Both the position numbers and the translations under genes were made by a program. Positions 18,643-26,681 of a stretch of 64,000 nt of DNA are shown one piece after another (position 1 is the first letter of the stretch; each line of letters begins with the position of its first letter). The stretch is from NCBI GenBank assembly GCA_963758495.1, contig CAVWVI010000005.1:29960-93959 (forward strand). The letters are read 5' to 3'. The notes under the pieces are model-generated. The model saw only the letters and a program-made list of their open reading frames with translations, was not told the DNA's origin and searched no databases. Source of the stretch: Oligoflexia bacterium (GTDB lineage: Bacteria; Bdellovibrionota; UBA1018).

Positions 18643-21309
18643 TCATTCCCGCGCTTGGATCGGCAAATAAATACTCAGGTTAGACTCCTTCGATGCAATC
18701 GCCTTTCGTTTTGCTTTAGCAATGCTTGACCTAACGGTATGTTGTAAGATTCGCTGAGCTTCTCTCCCGTTAAGGATTTCACCTTTGGATTGAGCAATGA
18801 GGTACTCAGAGGTAATATTGTCTAAGAATTCTTTTTCATTTTCAATCTGGATCGATTTCTTACTTTCTAATTCTTGCTCCTGAATGAGTCTTCTCAGGCC
18901 CAGCTGAACGATGTCTCTAAATTCAGTTTCGCTTGGAGGAAAGATGGGCACTGCTGCTTGAAAACGATCCAATACGGGAGCTGGAATGCCTCCTCGGATC
19001 AGTTCCTGAGTCAGTTCGTTCTTTGTTACTGGTTTGGTATTCGAATGCAGTAACTGCTGTGCGGCATTGGTGGTCGCGAAAATATGTGAATTCTTAAAAT
19101 TAAGAGTGTTACTGGTTTTTCCGCCTGTTTGGGTTGAGTTGATATTTTCGGAGATGGTCATTTCGCCACTATCTAACAACGCCAATAGCGCCTGCTGTAC
19201 AATAGAATCAGCTTTTTCTAATTCGTCTAAAATAAGGACTGAATAGGCATTTTTTCTGATAGCTTCAGCCATTTCTCGTCGAAATCCTTCAACGTTACCT
19301 TCAGCATATTTATTCATTTCAATTCTGACAAACGGCAAATTCATGCCTTTCGCCAGCGCTCGACCCAGTTCCGTTTTACCAACTCCTGGAAGGCCAGCCA
19401 CCAAAATCCTCAGTGCTGGTTTTGTTTTGTCGTGTGATTGTGTGAAGCGTTGTTCAACGAGTTCAAATAAAGTATCTTGAGCAAGTTTTTGCCCGATGAG
19501 AGTTTGATTCAGAAAATCAGGAAATCTCTGGAGTTTTTCTTCTATTTTATGGGTGTCAAAAAAAGTGGGATCGATGTTGTAGAGTCTGCTTGCTGCTTGA
19601 TTGATATCTTGAATGGTAATGTCACCGATGGTGTCGCCTTCTAACTGTTTGGTAGCGTATACTTCACTCAGGAGCCCAGTCGCTTTGGAAGGCTGTGAAC
19701 CTGAAGCGCTAAATTCGTTCGATAAATGAATGATGTGCTTCAATACATCTTCCTTAAGGATGGGTTTGTTATAACGCTTCGACCATGCGTTCATATAACT
19801 GGGTAATTCTTCTTCATCAGGTTCCTCTAAGTTAATGATCGAGAATCTTCTGAGTAATGCTTGATCACCTCCAAAAGCTTCGTAAAACTCGGAGTGAGTT
19901 GATGTACCAATGAGGGTAACATCTCCCTTGGCTAAATAGGACTTCATGTGTTGGAATAAGTCATTACTATCGCTCTTGGTGGTTCCAGCTCCTCTGAAGG
20001 AGTGAATTTCATCCATGAAAATAATGGAGTTTTTACGTGAAGACATCATGGATAGGAATTTATTGAGTTTATCTTGAACTTGCCCCACAAATTGAGATTT
20101 ACTATCTAAAAAAGTTCCAATATTAACTGATTTTACTAGAGTATTCTTTGGCAGTTCTGGAAATTTTCCATTTCCAATATCAGCAAGAAATTTCATTACT
20201 AACTGAGTTTTTCCTACGCCAGCATTTCCAAGAATAACTACATTTTTGCACTCTGGTTTTTGCAGTGATTTTCTAATTTTATCTACCACTTGCTGGTACG
20301 CCTTTGTGGATTCGAATTGATCTGAGTCTTTTTGAAGATTTTGCTTAGATTCCAAGGATTCAGAGAGTGATTCATCTTGAGCTTCTCTTAGAGATTGATT
20401 CGAATCGTCAGCCTCGTCTTCTTCATGGGTGCGTGATGGAGAGTTTTCAATAGGTGAAAGTTCTTGAGGATCTGCTCCTTTTTCAAGAAGTGCATCTACG
20501 ATCTCACGTTGGTCATATCTATGTGCGGACAGGAGAGGGGTCTCTCTAAAGATTCCTCCTTTAAAATTTAAGTCAGCCCCATGATTGATGAGGAGCTTTG
20601 CAATTTGAACATGGCCGCGTTCGATTGCTTCTAGGAGAGCGGTCATTTTGAACATGCCCTGGTGATTTACATGAGCTCCTGCTGCGAGTAGAAGTTTTAC
20701 GATTTCGATATGACCGTTTTCGGCTGCCCAGATGAGAGGGGTCATTTTGAGCTTGCCCTGGAGATTTACATGAGCTCCTGCTGCGAGTAGAAGTTTTACG
20801 ATTTCTGTATGATCGTTTTCGGCTGCCTCCATGAGAGGCGTGGTATTTGTAATGTCTGACTGACGATTTACGTCGGCTCCCGCTTCGAGCAGGAGTGTTA
20901 CCTTTTTGGTATCACCCTTTGTGGCTGCCAATCGAAGAGATCTATCTTTTTGATCTTGATCAGTGTTTTTAAAAGAGATGTCGTTGCTTGGACTGTTTTT
21001 GACTTTTGAGTAGAGAGGTTGAGGTTGAAGATACCCAAATAAGTTAAATTTATAAGTTGAATTTTCAGGTTTTTCTGAAGTGGGGTGATCGGTAGAGAAA
21101 TTTCTGAATGAAGGGAAGAAGGGGTGTTGAAACTTATAATTAAAATGAGGTTTTTTAGATGGGAATTTGAATGTGCTCTTGTTTACTTTGTTTTTAAATA
21201 ATTTTAAGCCGTTATTAAAGGGATTTGCATTTGCCACGTTCGATAACAGAAGGGTGCTGACGAGAGTAGTGATTGTTATGGATTTAGACAACGGCTCTTT
21301 CATATTCAT
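18643..21309 (-). CDS. ankyrin-repeat / ClpA-like double AAA+ ATPase fusion protein with N-terminal signal-like segment (paralog 2)
   Basis: 888 aa. C-terminal about 560 aa nearly identical to the 11487..14144 product (same Walker/sensor motifs). N-terminal signal-like ITITTLVSTLLLSNVANA. Ankyrin repeats diverged. Extra acidic Ser/Glu/Asp-rich linker. Confidence 0.7.
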   Translation of the reverse strand: MNMKEPLSKSITITTLVSTLLLSNVANANPFNNGLKLFKNKVNKSTFKFPSKKPHFNYKFQHPFFPSFRNFSTDHPTSEKPENSTYKFNLFGYLQPQPLYSKVKNSPSNDISFKNTDQDQKDRSLRLAATKGDTKKVTLLLEAGADVNRQSDITNTTPLMEAAENDHTEIVKLLLAAGAHVNLQGKLKMTPLIWAAENGHIEIVKLLLAAGAHVNHQGMFKMTALLEAIERGHVQIAKLLINHGADLNFKGGIFRETPLLSAHRYDQREIVDALLEKGADPQELSPIENSPSRTHEEDEADDSNQSLREAQDESLSESLESKQNLQKDSDQFESTKAYQQVVDKIRKSLQKPECKNVVILGNAGVGKTQLVMKFLADIGNGKFPELPKNTLVKSVNIGTFLDSKSQFVGQVQDKLNKFLSMMSSRKNSIIFMDEIHSFRGAGTTKSDSNDLFQHMKSYLAKGDVTLIGTSTHSEFYEAFGGDQALLRRFSIINLEEPDEEELPSYMNAWSKRYNKPILKEDVLKHIIHLSNEFSASGSQPSKATGLLSEVYATKQLEGDTIGDITIQDINQAASRLYNIDPTFFDTHKIEEKLQRFPDFLNQTLIGQKLAQDTLFELVEQRFTQSHDKTKPALRILVAGLPGVGKTELGRALAKGMNLPFVRIEMNKYAEGNVEGFRREMAEAIRKNAYSVLILDELEKADSIVQQALLALLDSGEMTISENINSTQTGGKTSNTLNFKNSHIFATTNAAQQLLHSNTKPVTKNELTQELIRGGIPAPVLDRFQAAVPIFPPSETEFRDIVQLGLRRLIQEQELESKKSIQIENEKEFLDNITSEYLIAQSKGEILNGREAQRILQHTVRSSIAKAKRKAIASKESNLSIYLPIQARE

Positions 21310-21523
21310 TTATCCTCAGCAATTAAAAACATACAGAAACTATAAAAATAGATGTCGCATAGTTATCATGTATTAATGTATAAAGTCAAGTAGGTTATTG
21401 CTTTAGTCAGGATTTGTTTCTTCGTTCTTCTGAAAGTAGGAGGGTAAAAAGGCACACAACTGAAATAGTTGTCGAAGAATGGCGCCCTTTGATTGAGAGG
21501 GCATTGCAAAATTTTTTGCTATA

Positions 21524-21655
21524 GACTTCAAGAAAATGTTTTTGGGCCGGGGAATGCGGAGCAGGAACGGAGCATCCGTCAGCCCAGTGGGCTGTCTCGG
21601 CATGGATGCCGAGAAGGCCAATTATAAACGGCCCAAAAGACATTTTCTTGAAGTC
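21524..21655. repeat. 132-bp palindromic element: 26-bp near-perfect terminal inverted repeats enclosing three short hairpins (MITE/Correia-like element or structured RNA)
   Basis: 21524-21549 gacttcaagaaaatgttttgggccg pairs with 21629-21655 cggcccaaaagacattttcttgaagtc (one bulged base). Internal hairpins: acgga-gca-tccgt, cagccc-agt-gggctg, ctcggca-tgga-tgccgag. Confidence 0.45.
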
Positions 21656-21749
21656 TTGTCACGAAATGATTCTCCGAATCTCTATAGAACTTCCGGTTCA
21701 TGCCCCAGAGTTCGGCAGTCTAAAACAAATTCTGGAGCACACGCTATCT

Positions 21750-22166
21750 TTACGGAGAAGTAGGTGGAGTTCTATACCTAAAGGCAACGCGCGCATCAGG
21801 TAAACTCAGTGCAAACAGGGGGAAGCTATTTATACAGGAAGCATCGTGAAACTTCATGAACTCCACTACTATTCCCTCAAAACCTGGAGTCTCCTCGAGT
21901 TTATCCCATCTTCTTACATCCCTGTTTTTTTCGTAACTGGCTATTAATATCTGATAAAGGGCGGTTGGATTGCAATTTGTCTCTACATTAACCTGAGCGG
22001 CTATTGCCCCCGTGCATCGCTCGGTTTGAAATGCACTGAACGCAGAGGAAAAAATTTCCCGAAAGATTTCTGTTTCCAAGTATTCATCGAATGCAAAACT
22101 TGGTACAGAACCGAAAATAATAAAAGCGCATATTGCTAATTTTTTCAAATAATTTGTAAAAAACAT
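21750..22166 (-). CDS. small secreted hypothetical protein
   Basis: 138 aa with an N-terminal signal-like segment (LAICAFIIFGSVPSFAFDEY). No motif recognised. Confidence 0.3.
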   Translation of the reverse strand: MFFTNYLKKLAICAFIIFGSVPSFAFDEYLETEIFREIFSSAFSAFQTERCTGAIAAQVNVETNCNPTALYQILIASYEKNRDVRRWDKLEETPGFEGIVVEFMKFHDASCINSFPLFALSLPDARVAFRYRTPPTSP

Positions 22167-22462
22167 ATTTCTCCTTGAATAGGCTTGATCTAATAGTACA
22201 AGGCCAACTTTTAATATACTCCTATTTTCCGGTCACTTTCCCGACTTTGACACTCTAAAGTCGAAGGTCCTATGAGCCTCCACGATCGAAGCAAACCCCT
22301 TACATTGCACGTGAGAATGCCTAACCTTCCTCTGCCTGGGTCGTCAGGTCTCCTTAAATTTTATTTACGTTTCAAAAACCAAGGCATCTCAATTTTTGAC
22401 GAACTATACACTTTAATGAGATCTGCTCCTGTAGCGTCATAATCTATTTTCTTGAACGCTAT

Positions 22463-22497
22463 AGTTAAAATCCTGTGGGAATCACAGGATTTTAACT
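22463..22497. terminator. 15-bp perfect inverted repeat (agttaaaatcctgtg / cacaggattttaact, 5-nt loop) just downstream of the HiPIP gene
   Basis: Read directly. It lies 18 bp past the HiPIP stop on the minus strand. No clean U-tract, so it may be a terminator or a protein-binding palindrome. Confidence 0.35.
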
Positions 22498-22514
22498 AGC
22501 AATCCAAGCCCAGC

Positions 22515-22889
22515 TTAGGATTTCTTGCTCCAAGAACCACACCAGCCTTCGCTGGAAACCAGTCCTGATGTGAGCATCTGGCACTTGCCCCATCCCTCAT
22601 TGACAGAAGTATAGAGAGCGCAATTTTTACAGTGTTGATTTTTCGCTTCGGGTTTTTTGCGCTGAGGATACTTTGCATAATCAATGTCTTTAATGTTTTG
22701 ACGGTAACCAATTGCCGAAGCAACTGGATCTGATTCCAAAACGGCTGTTTGTCCAGCCGGAAGTGCTACAAGCTTTTTGTCTTTTGCAAAGGCATCCAGT
22801 GAACGGAGTAATAGTCCTGTGCAAGGGATCGCTGCAGCAGCAAGGGTGAGTTGTTGTAAAAATTCTCGACGAGAGTTGGATTTTTTCAT
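22515..22889 (-). CDS. high-potential iron-sulfur protein (HiPIP) with twin-arginine signal
   Basis: 124 aa. Tat motif SRREFLQQ. Cys pattern C..C...C....C at the C-terminus (HCKNCALY...GKCQM...EGWCGSWSKK) is typical of HiPIP. Confidence 0.65.
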   Translation of the reverse strand: MKKSNSRREFLQQLTLAAAAIPCTGLLLRSLDAFAKDKKLVALPAGQTAVLESDPVASAIGYRQNIKDIDYAKYPQRKKPEAKNQHCKNCALYTSVNEGWGKCQMLTSGLVSSEGWCGSWSKKS

Positions 22890-22947
22890 AAATAAGGCTG
22901 CACCGTATCACAGTTGGAGAGCACGTGAAAGGGGCTCCTTGCAGTGC

Positions 22948-24048
22948 TTACTCTTCAATGCCAATGAGCGAAGCGGCAAAGGTAATCCCAATTTGAGCAA
23001 TTTTAAAAAAATAATCCTGATGGATCTTGTCGTAAGTATCGCCGCCGTTTTGATCAAAGTGAGGATTATTGAAAGGGTTGTGCTCAGAGAATACGACCGC
23101 AGGAACTCCAATTTCCCACATTGCGTAGTGATCACTGTTTTCCGCCATGCAGCCTCGTTGTACTTTCATTTGTGAGTACGTGAGTGCGATTTTTTCAAGT
23201 GCATCTCCTAAGGGTCGAAAGTCAAAATCTTCATATTCACCTGCACAGCTGAAAACATCAAAAGTATCGGCTGGCTGGCCTGACTTGCCCTCGCTACATC
23301 GATTGTCTGCGGCACAACTCCATCCGCTTTGTTCGTTATCGATCGCTGCAATGATTTTAAAATTTTCCTTTTGTGAGATATTTTTAAGATAAGATGCATA
23401 ACTGCGGGCGCCTTCAAGGCCAGGATTCGCATGTTCTTCGTAATCTGCAGCGACGAAACGAACCGTTTTTTGCAAATGGCCCTTGTACTGGACTAAGATC
23501 TTTGCCGTTTCGAGCATGATTGCCATTCCAGTCATGTCGTCATCAACCCCTGGATTTTCTGATTCATGTCCTTCTGGGCCGATACTGTCGTAATGAACAA
23601 TAATGACAATGGAGTCTTTTGACTGACCCGGAAGTACCGCTTCAAGGTTATGTCCTTGCGGTTCTCCTATCGAGTGCTGGGTTGGATAGCTGAGTTCTTG
23701 AGCTGGAATTCCGAGGGATTCAAAATACTGAAGCCAGTAGGCGCGAAAGTTTTTCTTAGAAAGGGGAGAGTAACGATCTGTAATCAAATAAGTAGATCCA
23801 TGGATCGTGACGGGTAGAGTCCCTGTCATCTCTTTGAGTGCGATCTGAAGTCGAGTTTGATCCACCGTTTGAAAGATCTTTTGATAAAGAGGGCGTGGTG
23901 AGTCCGCAGGAGTCATTTTCAACTGTGATCGTGGAAGGTAATGAACTTTAGACCAATCTGAAGCGAAAGCAGAGGAATCAGCAGAGAGAGTTTCCAGGAT
24001 TCCTAGAATCAGTGCTAAAAATATGAAGTTCCAATGAGTTGTTTTCAT
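22948..24048 (-). CDS. secreted M28-family zinc aminopeptidase
   Basis: 366 aa. Signal peptide MKTTHWNFIFLALILGILETLSA. HYDSIGPEG...DDDMTGMA...EHNPFNNPHFD match the M28 metal-ligand pattern (H.D...D...E...H). Confidence 0.55.
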   Translation of the reverse strand: MKTTHWNFIFLALILGILETLSADSSAFASDWSKVHYLPRSQLKMTPADSPRPLYQKIFQTVDQTRLQIALKEMTGTLPVTIHGSTYLITDRYSPLSKKNFRAYWLQYFESLGIPAQELSYPTQHSIGEPQGHNLEAVLPGQSKDSIVIIVHYDSIGPEGHESENPGVDDDMTGMAIMLETAKILVQYKGHLQKTVRFVAADYEEHANPGLEGARSYASYLKNISQKENFKIIAAIDNEQSGWSCAADNRCSEGKSGQPADTFDVFSCAGEYEDFDFRPLGDALEKIALTYSQMKVQRGCMAENSDHYAMWEIGVPAVVFSEHNPFNNPHFDQNGGDTYDKIHQDYFFKIAQIGITFAASLIGIEE

Positions 24049-24187
24049 TTTTTACCCTTCCATAGGTTCCCAAACAGTTTAAGCCGTTTGGTATGAAAAT
24101 ACTAACTCAAATTGTGCTTCGGAGAGCGTCACGTCATTCTTTTATATGCTTCAATAACGCAACACTCTCCGAGGCAGAGAATGTGAT

Positions 24188-24463
24188 TTAAATGACGGTT
24201 GGCAAAGCCTTCTTGGTCAATCTTGTCAATCGGCTAATTTTGCGAGAGGCTCTAGATTTAGGAATAGATCCTTTGCTAGCAGCCTTGCTGATTGCTTTCA
24301 CAGCGTGGTGATAAGCTTCTTTGACTTTGGCTAGATCTTTAGTCTTGATTGCATCTAAAGCGGTGCGGAGAGCAGTCCGGGTTGCGCTTTTAATGGTTTG
24401 GTTTCGTTCTTGGCGCTTAATCGATTGGCGCGCACGTTTTGTCGCAGTTCTTGTATTAGCCAT
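24188..24463 (-). CDS. rpsT: 30S ribosomal protein S20
   Basis: 91 aa. MANTRTATKRARQSIKRQERNQTIKSATRTALRTA... is a canonical S20 N-terminus. Confidence 0.85.
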   Translation of the reverse strand: MANTRTATKRARQSIKRQERNQTIKSATRTALRTALDAIKTKDLAKVKEAYHHAVKAISKAASKGSIPKSRASRKISRLTRLTKKALPTVI

Positions 24464-24658
24464 TTTGGCTCCTTTATCACTGAGTCGTCACTTTCTTAAA
24501 AACCAAGAAATATGGATCAGTTCGCCGAGTACCATACAAAAAAAGGCTGAATTATACAAGCGGTTTTAAAAGTAAGGCTCCATAAATTAATGCAGCGCAA
24601 TAGGCCAAGGTTTTGCATTAACTGCTGACAGCTTTAATTAACTCAAAGAAGGACTATT

Positions 24659-25432
24659 ATGGAAATAATCTCCAAAAATTCATTAGATCCACGTAATCCC
24701 TTGCGGTTGAATGTGGGGAGGGCCGAACGTCTTTTTTCGTCCATTTTGGGAATTTCCCTTTTGACGCTTGGGCTTAAAAAGAATCGAATCAAACGGGTAG
24801 GGATCTCCATTGCAGGTCTTGAACTCCTGAGGCGTGGGTTAACGGGTCGCTCGTATCTTTATAGAGCATTGGACGTAACGACTCGAAATCTTCGTTCATT
24901 GAGTCACGGAGAACTCAAAAAGGGAGGTAATTCATTTTTTGGATCGCGCCAATTATTTACTGAAAGAGTGGTCACGGTAAACAAACCTCGCGAAGAGCTT
25001 TTTCAATTCTGGTCAGATTTCAGAAATATGCCTTTATTTATGGAAAACGTCGAAGAAGTGAGGGTGATCGGAGATCAGCGTACCCATTGGATTGCCTATG
25101 GGCCGGCGGAGTCAACTTTAGAATGGGACGCTCAAATAACAGATATACAACAGGGTGAGAGCATCAGTTGGGAAACAGTGCGATCGTCGTCAGGAGTGCG
25201 AGTCAAGGGGCGAGCGCAGTTTGCTGATGCTCCTGGTGGCCGAGGTACTGAAATTCGTGTTCGAATAGAATATGCGTTTGAGATGAGTAAGGTTGGCCAC
25301 CTTTTCTTTCAGATCTTCGGTAGGGATCCCGATCAACAGCTTAGGAAAAATCTCCGGCTTTTCAAAAAGCTAATGGAAACGGGCGAAATTATCCAGGTGG
25401 CAGGTCAAACTTCAGGTCGTTTAGCAGCGTAA
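24659..25432 (+). CDS. membrane-anchored SRPBCC (cyclase/dehydrase-like) domain protein
   Basis: 257 aa. N-terminal YgaP-like hydrophobic segment, then a polyketide-cyclase/dehydrase-like region. Assigned from general pattern only. Confidence 0.4.
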   Translation: MEIISKNSLDPRNPLRLNVGRAERLFSSILGISLLTLGLKKNRIKRVGISIAGLELLRRGLTGRSYLYRALDVTTRNLRSLSHGELKKGGNSFFGSRQLFTERVVTVNKPREELFQFWSDFRNMPLFMENVEEVRVIGDQRTHWIAYGPAESTLEWDAQITDIQQGESISWETVRSSSGVRVKGRAQFADAPGGRGTEIRVRIEYAFEMSKVGHLFFQIFGRDPDQQLRKNLRLFKKLMETGEIIQVAGQTSGRLAA

Positions 25433-25442
25433 AGGTGAGTGT

Positions 25443-26633
25443 ATGAAAGCATTATGTTGGAATGGCGTAAATGAGTTAAGTGTAGAATATGTTCCAGATC
25501 CAAAGATTCTTAACCCGAAGGATGCGATTGTGAGGGTTAAAATGTCTTCGGTGTGTGGGTCAGATCTCCATCTCTTGGATGGTTATGTTCCGACTATGAG
25601 AAGGGGGGACATCATTGGCCATGAGTTTATGGGAGAGATTGTAGAAGTAGGCTCAGAAGTCAAAAAGTTTAAGCACGGTGATCGTGTGGTGGTGGTTTCC
25701 GTGATTGGATGTGGTGCCTGTTCTTTTTGCAAAAAACAAGAGTGGTCGCTTTGTGATAATACGAATCCGAATGATGCGATTCTCATTAAAGCTTTCGGAG
25801 ATACCACCAGCGGGATTTTTGGGTATTCTCACGCATTTGGAGGATTCTCAGGAAGTCATGCAGAATATGTACGGGTCCCTTTTGTGGAAAATGGAGCTTT
25901 CAAAATTCCAGAAGAGGTGAGTGATGAGCAGGCTGTGTTTGTGTCTGATTCAGTTCCGACCGGTTTTATGGGCGCTGACTTTTGTGATATTCAGCCTGGG
26001 GATATCGTTGCAGTTTGGGGCTGCGGTGGAGTAGGGCAAATGGCCATTCAAAGTGCACGATTGCTCGGCGCAGAGAGGGTGATCGCTATTGATCGTTATC
26101 CAGAGCGATTGCAATTCGCAAAAGATAAGGGTGGGGCTGAAATTCTTAATTACGAAGAGGTGCATATTTTAGATGCTCTCAAGGAATTAACAGGGGGGCG
26201 CGGACCTGATGCATGTATTGATGCAGTGGGAATGGAGGCTCACGGGGTCGGGCTTTCTTACGCCTATGATCGAGTCAAACAAGCCATCATGTTAGAAACG
26301 GATAGGCCAGAAGTTCTGCGGGAAGCGATTTTAGCTTGTCGCAAAGGTGGTACGATTTCAATAGTCGGAGTTTATGGTGCTGTTTTAGATAAATTTCCCA
26401 TGGGAGCGGCTATGAATAAAGCGCTCAAGTTTCGTATGGGTCAACAGCATGGACAGAAGTATGTTCCAAGATTGCTCGATTATATTCAAAAAGGTAAGCT
26501 GGATCCTTCATTCTTAATGACGCATTCTATGAGTCTTGAGGAGGGTGTTCGCGGATACGAAATATTTAAGAAAAAGCAAAATCAGTGTATGCGTGTCGTG
26601 TTTACACCTGGGAGCTCTAAAGAAGTCGCGTAG
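25443..26633 (+). CDS. zinc-dependent alcohol/formaldehyde dehydrogenase family oxidoreductase
   Basis: 396 aa. Catalytic Zn motif CGSDLH...GHEFMGEIVEVG. Structural Zn CGACSFC. Rossmann GCGGVGQMA. Confidence 0.75.
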   Translation: MKALCWNGVNELSVEYVPDPKILNPKDAIVRVKMSSVCGSDLHLLDGYVPTMRRGDIIGHEFMGEIVEVGSEVKKFKHGDRVVVVSVIGCGACSFCKKQEWSLCDNTNPNDAILIKAFGDTTSGIFGYSHAFGGFSGSHAEYVRVPFVENGAFKIPEEVSDEQAVFVSDSVPTGFMGADFCDIQPGDIVAVWGCGGVGQMAIQSARLLGAERVIAIDRYPERLQFAKDKGGAEILNYEEVHILDALKELTGGRGPDACIDAVGMEAHGVGLSYAYDRVKQAIMLETDRPEVLREAILACRKGGTISIVGVYGAVLDKFPMGAAMNKALKFRMGQQHGQKYVPRLLDYIQKGKLDPSFLMTHSMSLEEGVRGYEIFKKKQNQCMRVVFTPGSSKEVA

Positions 26634-26681
26634 GTAGTGGTCTATTCATTGCATGCGGTCACCTCTTGAAATGAGGGAGCT

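Noticed and set aside
21403-21803. Cluster of 65-78-aa overlapping ORFs in both orientations
   Set aside because: They are mutually overlapping and span the palindromic element at 21524-21655. Their reading frames are by-products of the inverted-repeat structure.
21400-21850. Possible tmRNA, RNase P RNA or SRP RNA in the structured intergenic region
   Set aside because: None of the conserved motifs are present: RNase P GGAAAGTCCGGGCTCC or AGGGTGAAA, a tmRNA tag reading frame with tRNA-like GTTCGAATC...CTCCACCA end, the SRP GGTGCTGTTTACC helix. The perfect long terminal inverted repeats fit a DNA palindromic element better.
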